A stretch of 57,813 nt of DNA, filler included, from an uncultured Acidimicrobiales bacterium (lineage in GTDB: Bacteria; Actinomycetota; Acidimicrobiia; Acidimicrobiales; UBA10347): NCBI GenBank assembly GCA_943788915.1. It is 4 parts of 3 records of this genome, joined end to end, with 100 filler letters (N's around TTAATTAATTAA, not from the genome) between each part and the next. Parts side by side here need not be neighbours in the genome. Positions count along the whole stretch, not along the records: positions 12,959 to 40,869 come from CALSSD010000011.1; positions 40,970 to 57,813 come from CALSSD010000016.1; 2 more parts are not named here. One strand, 5' to 3'. Every line of letters begins with the position of its first letter. The first letter of the stretch is position 1. Of this stretch, positions 39,519 to 49,501 are shown piece after piece. Under the pieces are notes generated by a model. It saw only the letters and a list, made by a program, of their open reading frames with translations. It was not told where the DNA came from and made no database searches. The translations under genes and the position numbers were made by a program.

Positions 39519-40869
39519 ATGGCATCGTTGCGAATCATTGGGCAGGCCTTCGACAACGAACTGGAGCAAGGGTTTGCTGCAATCCGGCGTGAGCTTGAAG
39601 TGCCCGCATCGTTTCCTGAGGCAGTAGTTGCCGAGGCCGAGGCGGTAACCACTCGAGGTCCGCTCGTACCTCCCGGAGCAAACACCCACGTGGTTGACCG
39701 GACCGATCTGGCTTTGCTGACGATTGATCCGCCGGGAAGTATTGATCTCGACCAGGCGTTCGCGGCCGAACGCCACCAGGACGGCTATCGAGTCTGGTAC
39801 GCCATTGCCGATGTTGCGAGTTTTGTTGCACCCGGCGGTGCACTCGACACCGAAGCCCGCTCCCGCGGTGTCACCCTCTACTCCCCCGACCACCGGGCCT
39901 CACTCCATCCCAAAACCCTCAACGAATCCGCCGGAAGTCTGCTGGCTGGGACCATCAAACCTGCGGTGTTGTGGGAGATCGAACTCGACGCTGATGGCCA
40001 TCAGACCACTGCCACCGCTCGTCGAGCCATGGTGCGGAGCTGCGAGCAGCTGACCTACCGTCAGGCACAGGACCGCATCGATGGCAACGACGGCACGGTT
40101 TCACTCGAGCTGCTTCGAGAAATTGGCAAACTACGTCAGCAGATCGAAGCCAATCGTGGCGCGATCAGCCTGCAACTCCCGGCTCAAGAAATCTCGCCAC
40201 GAGGCGATGGTGATTACGAACTGCACTATGACACCTCGATGCCAGTCGAAGGCTGGAACGCCCAGATCTCATTACTGACTGGCATGGCAGCTGGCCAGAT
40301 CATGGTCGAGGCTGGTCATGGGTTGCTCCGGACCCTGCCGCCGCTAGAAAAGGGCACGGTGAAACAGGTCCGGCGTGCTGCTCGTGCGCTCGACGTCGAT
40401 TGGCCCGACGGGGTCAGTTATCCCGACCGGGTGCGAACCCTGGACCCGAATACGCCCAGCGAGGCCGCCCTGCTAGTACGAGCGGCTCGCAGCTTCCGGG
40501 GTGCCGGTTACGAAGCCTTCTTTGATCACCAAGTACCCAAACAACCGCTGCACGGTGCCATCGCCGCCATCTATGCCCACGTCACTGCGCCACTACGTCG
40601 AGTCTGCGACCGGTTCGCGAACGAAATCGTGCTCGCGCACTGTGGCGGCATCGAAGCGCCCGCATGGGCACTCGAAGCACTCGAAGAACTTCCAGCGATC
40701 ATGACCTCGGCCCGCCAGCGCGACGGAGCGCTTGAACGAGCCAGCGTGGACTTCGTCGAAACAATTGCACTGCGATGCCGCGTCGGTGAAATATTCGATG
40801 GCATGGTCCTGTCACATAGCCGCAATGGGGCCAAGGTCCAGCTGCACGACCCCGCAGTGCTTGCACCAA
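39519..40869 (+). CDS. RNB-domain ribonuclease (RNase II/R-like), 3'-truncated at linker
   Basis: TIDPPGSIDLDQA, YAIADV, RGVTLY and YAHVTAPLRR. Confidence 0.88.
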
Positions 40870-40969
40870 NNNNNNNNNNNNNNNNNNNNNNNNNNNNNNN
40901 NNNNNNNNNNNNNTTAATTAATTAANNNNNNNNNNNNNNNNNNNNNNNNNNNNNNNNNNNNNNNNNNNN
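40870..40969. other. Artificial contig linker
   Basis: Same N-TTAATTAATTAA-N unit. Confidence 0.97.
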
Positions 40970-41255
40970 GCAAACTCGGTAATGAGTTCAAACTTGCGGT
41001 GGCTCAAGACCTGAGTGAGGTAGCTCTGCATCACCGCCTCCGCTCGTGGTTGACTCATCGGGCGCTCCATAGATTGTGGTCAGCTGTGCCGTACTGGCTG
41101 AAATCGAACCTAGCGCGGAACCCTGACGCGGAACCCAACGCTGATCCAACGTGCGCTTCACAAGACTCAGAGTGCCGTGGTGGGTCGCGACGAGTCGCCC
41201 CGACAGCCTTTCCGCTTCCATCGGGTATCTCAGGCTCACGGCGCGTTGCTAACGC

Positions 41256-42323
41256 TCACCAGGTATGGAGTGTGGGCAGGACCTCGGCGGCGAACAATTC
41301 CATACTGGCGACGGCTTGATCCTGGGGCAATCCACCGAACCGGAATGCAGGTGCAAACTCGAAGTCGCCGATGAGTGCCCGGCGCTCGGCGAGCTTGTCA
41401 ATGATCTGCTGAGGAGTGCCATACGCCGTGGCCTGGAGGAAACCTGACAGAAATCCGGCGTCACCCATCTTGTTGAGTGCACCCGAAGCCTTGGCGTACG
41501 CGTCGTATCCCTTGAGGTCGGCGAAGTGGTCACCCATGATCTCGTAATGCGACAGCACGCTTGCGAGGTAGATGCTCAGGTGTTCTTCGGCGCGGGCCTG
41601 CGCAACGTCGGCGTCTTCGTGACAGTAGATGAAGTCGCAGACGAGAGGAATCGGCGGGGGAGACTCGTTGTACTTCTGGTGCAGCTCGCGCCAAAGTTCG
41701 ATGCTGGGCAGTCGGCTCTTCCAGGAGCGATCGGCGAACATCACCATGGCTGCGCCGAGTCGGGCGCATGAATCGATCGAATCGTCAGACGACGCAACTG
41801 CGTACGTGCGACCAGCGAAGGAACGACTTGGTTTCGGCCGGATCGGTGCCGGCTCTTGCGGGTAGAACGGGCCATCACCTTTGATCACACCGGTTTCGAG
41901 TGCGTCCATGACCATGACGGAACCTTCGTCGAACCGCTCACGAGACTCAGACATCTCGATGCCGCGCATGCGGCCATATTCAAATCGGCTAAGACCGCGA
42001 CCTATGCCGAAACGAACTCGTCCTCCACTGAGTTCGTCGAGCATGGCCACCTTTTCGGCGACCCGCATTGGCTCATTCCACGGCATGATCACCGCTGCAG
42101 TACCGACATCGATACGCGATGTCTTACCAGCGATGTAGCTGAGTAACTGGGTGTTGTCCGGGCAAAACGAGTAGTCCTCGAAGTGGTGTTCAACAGCCCA
42201 CACCACGTCGAAGCCCAGATCCTCGGCCATCAGCGCGAGTTCGACCTCGTCGGTGTACACCTGGCCATCGGTGATGTTGTCCCAGCCATAACTCGGGAAG
42301 AAGTGTTGCGTTCCTACGTCCAT
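41256..42323 (-). CDS. LLM-class flavin-dependent oxidoreductase
   Basis: AEDLGFDVVWAVEHHF, LDELSGGRVRFGIGRG, GTPQQ and MELFAAEVLP. Confidence 0.9.
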   Translation of the reverse strand: MDVGTQHFFPSYGWDNITDGQVYTDEVELALMAEDLGFDVVWAVEHHFEDYSFCPDNTQLLSYIAGKTSRIDVGTAAVIMPWNEPMRVAEKVAMLDELSGGRVRFGIGRGLSRFEYGRMRGIEMSESRERFDEGSVMVMDALETGVIKGDGPFYPQEPAPIRPKPSRSFAGRTYAVASSDDSIDSCARLGAAMVMFADRSWKSRLPSIELWRELHQKYNESPPPIPLVCDFIYCHEDADVAQARAEEHLSIYLASVLSHYEIMGDHFADLKGYDAYAKASGALNKMGDAGFLSGFLQATAYGTPQQIIDKLAERRALIGDFEFAPAFRFGGLPQDQAVASMELFAAEVLPTLHTW

Positions 42324-42403
42324 ATCCGAACGCTACGTCAGTACAAGCCTCCGAACCCAAGTTGGTTCACGCCGGTGAGTGACACAGCTGTTTCGAGCCT
42401 GCG

Positions 42404-43405
42404 TCAGATGAGCGCTCGGATCGACGTAATGAGGTCGGCGTTCACGGCGATGGGATCGGTAGACCGGCGAGCAGCGAACCGGCGCTCGCCCGGTAAACGA
42501 ATGCCATCCATGGCCCCGAGTTCGCTCAGGAAGTCTTCGCTGTGGTCTGCCCAACCCGGACCAGCTAGGACTTCGGGTGACATGGCCAGGATGAATTCGC
42601 CGCCAATCGCTGGTCCACCGTCGCGGTTGTCGGTCTTGCCGGTTTCGTAGCTGAAGTAGTCGCCCACCAGTCCAGCGGCCAGCAGCTCGATCATGGTGGC
42701 GATGGCCGATCCCTTGTAGCCGCCAAACGGCAGGATCACGCCGCCATCGTGGACCTTCGTAGCGTCGGTGGTTGGGTTGCCGTCAGCATCAAGGCCAGTG
42801 CCGGGTGGTAGCTCATGGCCGTCGCGGGCAGCGATCCCGATGTCGCCCCGTGCTTTGGCTGCGCTTGCCATGTCGAACACATAGGGATCCTTCCCCGGTC
42901 GGGGGTAGGCGAACGCGATCGGGTTCGTACTGAAGAACGCCGTCTTCGCTCCAAATGGCGCAACCGTTGGCAGGTTGACCGTGCAGGCCAGGCCGACAAG
43001 GTCCTTTTCAGCGAGCGCTTCGACCTCGGGCCACAACGCGGCAAAGTGGAAGCTGTTGCGGATTAGCAGCACCGCAACTCCAGTTTCTGCGGCCGCGGCG
43101 GCGAGTAGGGGAGTGCCGTATTCGATGGCTAGCGGGGCGTAGCCGCGGTCACCGTCGATCCGGATCGCTGCCGCCGTCAGCTGCTCGTGTTTCGGTACGG
43201 CATGACCATTCGCCTTGCCGCTGCGTAATGAGGCCACATATCCGGGCAGTCGGAACAGCCCGTGTGACAGGGCGCCGTCGCGTTCGGCCGAACTGATTGT
43301 GCGGGCCGCTGCAGTGGCGTTCGCCTCGTCACAGCCATTGCTGAGCAGGCATGTTTTCGCCAGCTCATGGATCTCACCCTCGGTGAGTGTCACCGTCGTC
43401 ATCAC
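42404..43405 (-). CDS. Ldh_2-family oxidoreductase (DpkA/ComC-like)
   Basis: DGALSHGLFRL, HFAALW, TNPIAF, PFGGYKGS and RLPGERR. Confidence 0.88.
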   Translation of the reverse strand: MMTTVTLTEGEIHELAKTCLLSNGCDEANATAAARTISSAERDGALSHGLFRLPGYVASLRSGKANGHAVPKHEQLTAAAIRIDGDRGYAPLAIEYGTPLLAAAAAETGVAVLLIRNSFHFAALWPEVEALAEKDLVGLACTVNLPTVAPFGAKTAFFSTNPIAFAYPRPGKDPYVFDMASAAKARGDIGIAARDGHELPPGTGLDADGNPTTDATKVHDGGVILPFGGYKGSAIATMIELLAAGLVGDYFSYETGKTDNRDGGPAIGGEFILAMSPEVLAGPGWADHSEDFLSELGAMDGIRLPGERRFAARRSTDPIAVNADLITSIRALI

Positions 43406-43508
43406 TGACCCCCAACTTGTCGAACCTGACGCCCGAGCATAGAAGCCAGAACGTCCGCCGTCGCCAGGTAACCGTTCAATCTCGCGAGCCGAACTGACCA
43501 GCTACGTT

Positions 43509-44762
43509 ATGAACATGGCGAATGATGTGCATGCGGAATACGTCGACGAGTTTGGGATGGTCGGGCCGTTGCCTGCTTCAGACGGTCAGCGTCAGCCTCT
43601 CGACGCAGATGCGCCAACCGGCCCCGAGATCGGCAGTCGTTTTCCAGACTTCACATTGCCGAGCGCTTCGGGCCGCACCGTCTCGTTCCATCATGACCGG
43701 GCCGGACAGAGGGCCGCTGTCGTGTTCTACCGGTCTGCAGTGTGGTGACCGCCTTGTATGACGCAGCTGGTCGAGCTGCAGGCCGCGTTACCCAAATTCG
43801 CCGAGGCAGGCATTCGTTTGTACGCCATTTCTTATGACGAGATTGGAGCGCTTGCAGACTTCGTCGAGCACCACGAGATCACCTTTGACCTTCTGGCCGA
43901 TCAGGGGTCAAAGGTCATTCGAAAGTTTGGCATCCTCAATCATTACGTCACGCCTGAACAGGTGCCATATCACGGCATCCCGTTCCCAGGTACTTACCTG
44001 ATCGACGAAGACGGTGACGTCAGCGCCAAGGTGTTTCATCGATCGCTTGCACAACGTGAGAGTGCAGAGGGGCTCATCGACGCTGCCCTAGGCGAGATTC
44101 TGCTGCGTTCCGAAGGACCAACAACCGCCCACGCCGATGACTCGGGCATCGAGTTCTCGCTCACGTACCACGGAGGGGCAGGAGTACTCCGAGGCGGCAC
44201 GATGCGGCGCCTCGTTATTCGGGTCGACCTGCCTGAGGGGCTACATATCTATGACGAGCCGGTGCCAACCGGCATGGTCGCTACCTCGTTCACGATCGTG
44301 GGTCCCGAGGGGTTACGAAGCCTTCCCGTCGAGAAACCACCCACCGAGTCACTCGACTTGCCTGGGGTCGGCGAACTCCAGGTGTGGAGCGACACCGCCG
44401 ATTTTGCCATTCCCGTGTGGGCAGCCGACGAAATCGCCAGCCTGGTTCGGGCCGACAATCCCGGTTACGTGACTATCGAGGTCGACATCACCTATCAAGC
44501 CTGCGATGACCAGGCCTGCCGGCTGCCTCGGACCGAGCGGCTGGCAGTCGATGTGCCCGTCGGTTCCTATGTCGGTCCAGCACTGGGAGGAGGAGGCATG
44601 CCCGGAGCTGCCACGACCTCGATGGACACCGGCAAATGGCTTGGCGAAATGGTCAAGCGCGGTATCGCAGCTGCGCCTGATGCCGATGCTGCGGTGGCGT
44701 ATCTGCACCGCACCCGCGACACGTTCGCAGCGGGCCCTCTCGGAGATTCTGTAACGGACTAA
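43509..44762 (+). CDS. Putative selenoprotein: AhpC/TSA (peroxiredoxin-like) redoxin with UPPC motif plus C-terminal DsbD-N-like domain
   Basis: ORFs 43509-43748 and 43758-44762 are in frame, separated only by TGA ccg cct tgt: VVFYRSAVW-U-PPC-MTQLVEL. SECIS-like hairpin follows; C-terminal LHIY and YQACDDQACRLP. Confidence 0.85.
43746..43783 (+). promoter_or_regulatory. Putative bacterial SECIS element
   Basis: gcagct-ggtcg-agctgc hairpin (43763-43779); the loop starts with G, 20 nt after the UGA. Confidence 0.7.
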
Positions 44763-44915
44763 GAAACCGTCGAACCTCCGAGATAGGAACGAGCCAAGCT
44801 GTGGAAAGAGTTCGGGACCTCGGCCGTCGATAGCCGGATCGGATTGGGCACGAGTGCAAGATCGACGACGACCAACAGAATGTGGAACATACAGATCCAG
44901 TCCGCTGTCGTTGGT

Positions 44916-45617
44916 TTACAGGTGGGCCTCGAACTGGGCGTCTAGGGCAGCGGCGAACGCAGAGATATCAGGGCAGAGGTCGGGGTCCGCAAAGATGCCG
45001 ATGGTGAGATCATCGCGATACGACGTGACCGCAACGCCGATTCCCATGTTTGGGCCCAACGGGACAACCGGCACAATCGTCTTCACCTCGGAACCCAGGA
45101 AATACATCGGTTGCCGTGGTCCTGGCACATTGGTCACGACCAGGTTGGCCATCCGTTGTATCGAAAGCAGGCGAGCGGCCCGCAATCCGGGAGCCGGAAC
45201 ATGATCGAGGGCGTCGAGTGCCAGCGCGACACCTTCGCCATCGTGTGATGTCTTCAGCCGGTGCATGCGATCGCGCACGAGTTGTACTCGGCGTTCCCAC
45301 GCCGGTGCACCGACAGGCAAGGTGACGAGCACAGCGCCAACATGATCGAGATGGCCATGGGTGTAGACGATCGTGTCTACAGGGTCGGTGCTCCACGATC
45401 GGATCGCCTCAACCACGGCTGGCCCTTTGCCCTCGACGCTGGTGTCGGATATGACCAAACCAGCACCGGTGTCGACCACCACCGAGTGGCTGAATGACTC
45501 CACAATGGCCACATTGTCGGCAAGTTCACTGACCCCTTCGGTAATTCGATTCGGAGGCGTATCCAGAATGCCGGTGTCGATAATACGGGTGGACAGGTCG
45601 ATGGGATGTTCGCTCAC
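44916..45617 (-). pseudogene. Chimeric ORF: MBL-fold (alkyl-sulfatase-like) N-terminus fused in frame to a WS/DGAT C-terminal domain
   Basis: VVDTGAGLVISDT..IVYTHGHLDHVG, then AVLVTLPVG..NLVVTNVPGPRQPMYFLG..VTSY..ADPD; both parent domains incomplete. Confidence 0.7.
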
Positions 45618-45667
45618 GCGCCCAGCTTCGCACGGTCGCAACCTCCGCCAACCAGGTTCACCCATCT

Positions 45668-45701
45668 GAATTGTTACCTCCCCCCGGGGAGGTAACAATT
45701 C
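45668..45701. repeat. 34-bp palindrome (REP-like element or terminator)
   Basis: gaattgttacctcccc-cc-ggggaggtaacaattc, perfect 16-bp arms just downstream of the PPOX gene. Confidence 0.8.
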
Positions 45702-45707
45702 GAGCGG

Positions 45708-46160
45708 CTAGGACTGCGGGTGATTGCCTAAGATGCGGTCAGCGGCGACGAGCACGGCGATGCGGCCGTCTTCGACCATCGCCCGGTCGTACTCGTCATA
45801 GTCGTCATGGGTGCCGCCTGCGGCCTGATAGATCTCACGAAGCAGCAGACGAAGCTGATCGGCGTCGTAGTTGTCCGGGAGGTTATGGGGCCCAATGAGG
45901 TCGGCAGGGCCGGTTACAGCGACCCAGTTCCAGCCTCGGCGAGCCGACACCGTGACCTGTGAGCCCCGGCGGACATGGCCAACACGGGCAGCGCTACCGC
46001 GGGACACGAGCGCAACACATGACTGGCCGTGCACCGGGTGAGTGATCACGCCACAGTTGACGACGCTTGACAAAACCCGACCGTCCGCTTGGGTCGTGCT
46101 TACCGTTGCCAGCCCGGTTTCCGAGGCCAGAAAACTCTTCATCACTTCGATGTTTGACAT
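45708..46160 (-). CDS. PPOX-class (pyridoxamine 5'-phosphate oxidase-like, probably F420-dependent) oxidoreductase
   Basis: ATVSTTQADGRVLSSVV, RRGWNWVAVTG and LLREIYQAAGGTHDDYDEYDRAM; start ATG 46160. Confidence 0.85.
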   Translation of the reverse strand: MSNIEVMKSFLASETGLATVSTTQADGRVLSSVVNCGVITHPVHGQSCVALVSRGSAARVGHVRRGSQVTVSARRGWNWVAVTGPADLIGPHNLPDNYDADQLRLLLREIYQAAGGTHDDYDEYDRAMVEDGRIAVLVAADRILGNHPQS

Positions 46161-46197
46161 GATCGGACCGTAGTGGGCGAAGTACCGATCCTGCCGG

Positions 46198-46779
46198 TCA
46201 GTACCCCAGGTAGGTGCGAACGAGCTCGACGATTTCGTCGGTGCCTTTGGGGGAGTGGTTGCCCGCAACCCACTCGACAGTGGTGGCAGCAGGGATGGCT
46301 GGCACATGTTCTGCGAACTCGTCGGGTTTCCCGAAAGGATCCTTCTGGCCGGATACGAACAGCGTGGGCACTGAGATGTCCGCGAAGTGTTCGGTGCGAA
46401 GTTTCTCGGGTTTACCCGGCGGGTGGAGTGGGTATGACAACAACACCAGTGCTGCGGCTGGCAGACCCTCGGCCACGGCGACTGAGCATGATCGCCCGCC
46501 GAAACTGCGACCGCCATAGGCAAGCTTTTTTGGCGCTACGCCAAGTTCATCGGCAAATTCGGCGCCCGCAGCGATGATCTTCTTCACTGCGTTTGGGACG
46601 CTGGTGGTTGCCAACGTGAGCCGCAGCACCGGTAGTTCAGGAATCCCGTCTTCGATCGCTTTCAGTGTTGGATGATCGCGGTCGGCGCTGGCGCCTGGGG
46701 TGATCACTATACCGGCGGGTCGGGTGCGTTTCGTGAATGACCTAATCGTGGAAGTACTGGTCTTGGAAGCACTGCTCAT
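46198..46779 (-). CDS. Small alpha/beta hydrolase (KANL3/Tex30-like)
   Basis: GGRSFGGR, LSYPLHPPGKPEKLR, SGQKDPFG and GNHS. Confidence 0.85.
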   Translation of the reverse strand: MSSASKTSTSTIRSFTKRTRPAGIVITPGASADRDHPTLKAIEDGIPELPVLRLTLATTSVPNAVKKIIAAGAEFADELGVAPKKLAYGGRSFGGRSCSVAVAEGLPAAALVLLSYPLHPPGKPEKLRTEHFADISVPTLFVSGQKDPFGKPDEFAEHVPAIPAATTVEWVAGNHSPKGTDEIVELVRTYLGY

Positions 46780-47333
46780 CGCTGCAGAGTAGTGATGGCG
46801 CTACCCCAACGCTGGTGACTGGTGCATACGAGTGCCCACGGACTATTCGGCGCCAACTCAGCCAGTGTTGCGTTCAGCGACGGACAACTGGTTGAGAGGG
46901 CTGTCGATAGGTCCGAGGTCATCTGGGGCGAGGTGCCGGCTTGGGCGCCATCTGTGTGGTTCGTGATCGTATGGCACCCGGGCGGTGACGCCTCGGAGGC
47001 CGAGCTCGGCGGGTTCGGGCGGGCCCCGATAAAGAGTGTAATGCTGAGCAACTACCCGCTCACGTTGCACTCAACGATGCCGCAATGCTGGGGTCTGCCA
47101 GGCGATTCTGCATCAGAACGACACTGCCTTAGAAAATCAGGTTTGTCAGGACACAGATGTGTCGGCCGCGTTCATCGATGCACCTGCCAGCCCATATCGA
47201 ACAGCTGCGCAACCTTCGGGGCTGAGGTCTTGCTGCATCAGAAGGCGAGTCGTGTGTTGGAGCGGACCAGGTCAGCGGCAACGCTTCGAGTCGTGAGTGA
47301 CAATGCAGCCCGCCCGCGGGCCACACTGGTTGG

Positions 47334-49280
47334 GTGACACGCGAACGCGACCGGCCATGGATGATGCGGACCTATGCCGGACATTCCACACCCGAAGCCT
47401 CAAATGCGCTGTATCGCAGCAATCTTGAGAAGGGCCAGACCGGCCTGTCCATAGCGTTCGACCTGCCGACACAGACCGGGTATGACCCCGACGACATCCT
47501 TGCGGCGGGTGAGGTCGGCAAGGTCGGCGTGCCGATCGTGCATCTTGGGCACATGCAGACGCTGCTCGACGGGATCCCTGTTGGCCAGATGAACACGTCG
47601 ATGACGATTAATGCGCCGGCGTCATGGCTCCTTGCGTTACACATCGCCAATGCTGAGACCCAGGGCGTTGCGCGTGCCGAGTTGCGAGGCACCACGCAGA
47701 ACGACATCGTCAAGGAATACCTGAGCCGGGGAACGTACATCTTCCCGCCTGAACCAAGCCTGCGATTGATCGTCGACATGATCGCGTTCTGCGCCGCAGA
47801 AGTGCCTGCGTGGAACCCGATCAACATCTGCAGCTACCACCTCCAAGAAGCTGGTGCCACACCGGTCCAAGAGTTGTCGTTTGCACTCGCTAATGCGATC
47901 GCTGTGCTGGACGCTGTTCGAGCCAGCGGGCAGGTCGCCGATGATGCGTTCGGTCAGGTTGTAGGGAGTGTGTCGTTCTTCGTCAATGCTGGCATTCGAT
48001 TTGTCGAAGAGACGGCCAAGATGCGTGCGTTTACCCAGATGTGGGAACAGATTACCCGCGACCGGTACGGCGTGACGGACCCGAAACAGCGTCGGTTTCG
48101 TTATGGCGTGCAGGTCAACTCGCTGGGCTTGACCGAGTCCCAACCCGAGAACAATGTGCAACGAATTGTGCTCGAAATGTTAGGCGTGACCTTGTCCAAG
48201 GATGCTCGGGCTCGGTCGATCCAGCTGCCGGCCTGGAACGAGGCACTAGGTCTGCCACGCCCGTGGGATCAACAATGGGCGCTTCGTATGCAGCAGGTGT
48301 TGGCGTTTGAAACCGACCTGCTCGAATACGACGACATCTTCGCTGGCAGCCACGTGATCGAGGCGCTCACGTCAGATCTCATGACCGAAGCCTGGGCCGA
48401 ACTCGACGAGATCATCGAACGGGGCGGAGCGTTCGCTGCGATCGAGGACATGAAACGTTCGCTCGTTGAATCAAACGCTCGCCGGGTCCGATCGATAGAG
48501 ACTGGTGAGATCGCCGTTGTTGGGCGAAACCACTTTACCGAGTCCGAGCCATCGGCGCTCGGCGGTTCCGAAGCGATCCTGCGCGTGGACCCACAGGTCG
48601 GAGAACAGATGGTTGCCGACGTCGAACAGTGGCGCACGAGTCGTGATCGTGCCGCTGCAGAAGCGGCGATCGACGAGTTGCGCCGGGTGGCAAGCGGCAC
48701 CGAGAACATCATGGCAGCCACTATCGAATGTGCTCGCGCTGGCGTCACCACGGGGGAGTGGGCGCATGCGTTGCGAGGTGTCTTCGGCGAATATCAGGGG
48801 CCTACTGGGGTCGCTCAGGCAGCCGCCGTCGGCACAGCCGCCCTTGGAGTATTGGCGAACTTCCACCAGGGTCTTGCCGACGGCCCGCCCAAGGTACTGA
48901 TCGCCAAACCCGGACTCGACGGTCATTCGAATGGCGCCGAACAGATCGCGCTCGCAGCCAGAGACAGTGGGATGGAGGTCGTCTACCAGGGCATTCGTCG
49001 CACACCAGATCAGATTGCAGCCACCGCCCGCGACGAAGACGTTGACTTGATCGGGCTTTCGGTTCTCTCCGGCAGCCATGTCGAACTGGTGCCAGCGGTT
49101 CTTGCGGCACTTGCCGCAGTTGGAGTGCATGCACCGGTCATCGTTGGCGGGATCATCCCCGGCGAGGACCACGAGGCGTTGCGCTCAGCAGGCGTCGCTC
49201 GGATTTACACCCCGAGCGACTACGAAATCGGCGCAATGATGAGCGACCTCAGCGAACTTGCCCTGGCCGCACGAGCCTGA
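47334..49280 (+). CDS. meaA: Ethylmalonyl-CoA mutase (MeaA), B12-dependent
   Basis: RDRPWMMRTYAGHS, GQTGLSIAFDLPTQTGYD, RFRYGVQVNSLGLTE and KPGLDGHSNGAEQIA. Confidence 0.92.
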   Translation: MTRERDRPWMMRTYAGHSTPEASNALYRSNLEKGQTGLSIAFDLPTQTGYDPDDILAAGEVGKVGVPIVHLGHMQTLLDGIPVGQMNTSMTINAPASWLLALHIANAETQGVARAELRGTTQNDIVKEYLSRGTYIFPPEPSLRLIVDMIAFCAAEVPAWNPINICSYHLQEAGATPVQELSFALANAIAVLDAVRASGQVADDAFGQVVGSVSFFVNAGIRFVEETAKMRAFTQMWEQITRDRYGVTDPKQRRFRYGVQVNSLGLTESQPENNVQRIVLEMLGVTLSKDARARSIQLPAWNEALGLPRPWDQQWALRMQQVLAFETDLLEYDDIFAGSHVIEALTSDLMTEAWAELDEIIERGGAFAAIEDMKRSLVESNARRVRSIETGEIAVVGRNHFTESEPSALGGSEAILRVDPQVGEQMVADVEQWRTSRDRAAAEAAIDELRRVASGTENIMAATIECARAGVTTGEWAHALRGVFGEYQGPTGVAQAAAVGTAALGVLANFHQGLADGPPKVLIAKPGLDGHSNGAEQIALAARDSGMEVVYQGIRRTPDQIAATARDEDVDLIGLSVLSGSHVELVPAVLAALAAVGVHAPVIVGGIIPGEDHEALRSAGVARIYTPSDYEIGAMMSDLSELALAARA

Positions 49281-49501
49281 TGGCGGACACGTGTCACTGA
49301 CCGGCGTCTCGGGGCATATCACGAGCTGACGGGGCTCGGAAGTCGGACGCTCTTGCGTGTGTCGGTAGTCACGGCCGGCGGCTGGAAACCGCATGATGAT
49401 GCGGGTCTACTGACTGTGCTGAATCTTGACTCGGCGGGTGTGGAATAGTGAGCATGTGTGCTCGTTGTAATCACGTAATCCAACCCACTTGCGAGGTATG
49501 C

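Noticed and set aside
40970..41255. Short ORFs and a gcggaaccc repeat after the third linker
   Set aside because: Too short and featureless to support a call.
46776..47337. ORFs 46776-47051 (-) and 46822-47337 (+)
   Set aside because: No recognisable motifs. The minus ORF overlaps the next start, but that alone is too weak.
49405..49447. HspR HAIR operator upstream of lon
   Set aside because: Only a partial resemblance (cttgactc); no TTGAGY-N7-ACTCAA match.
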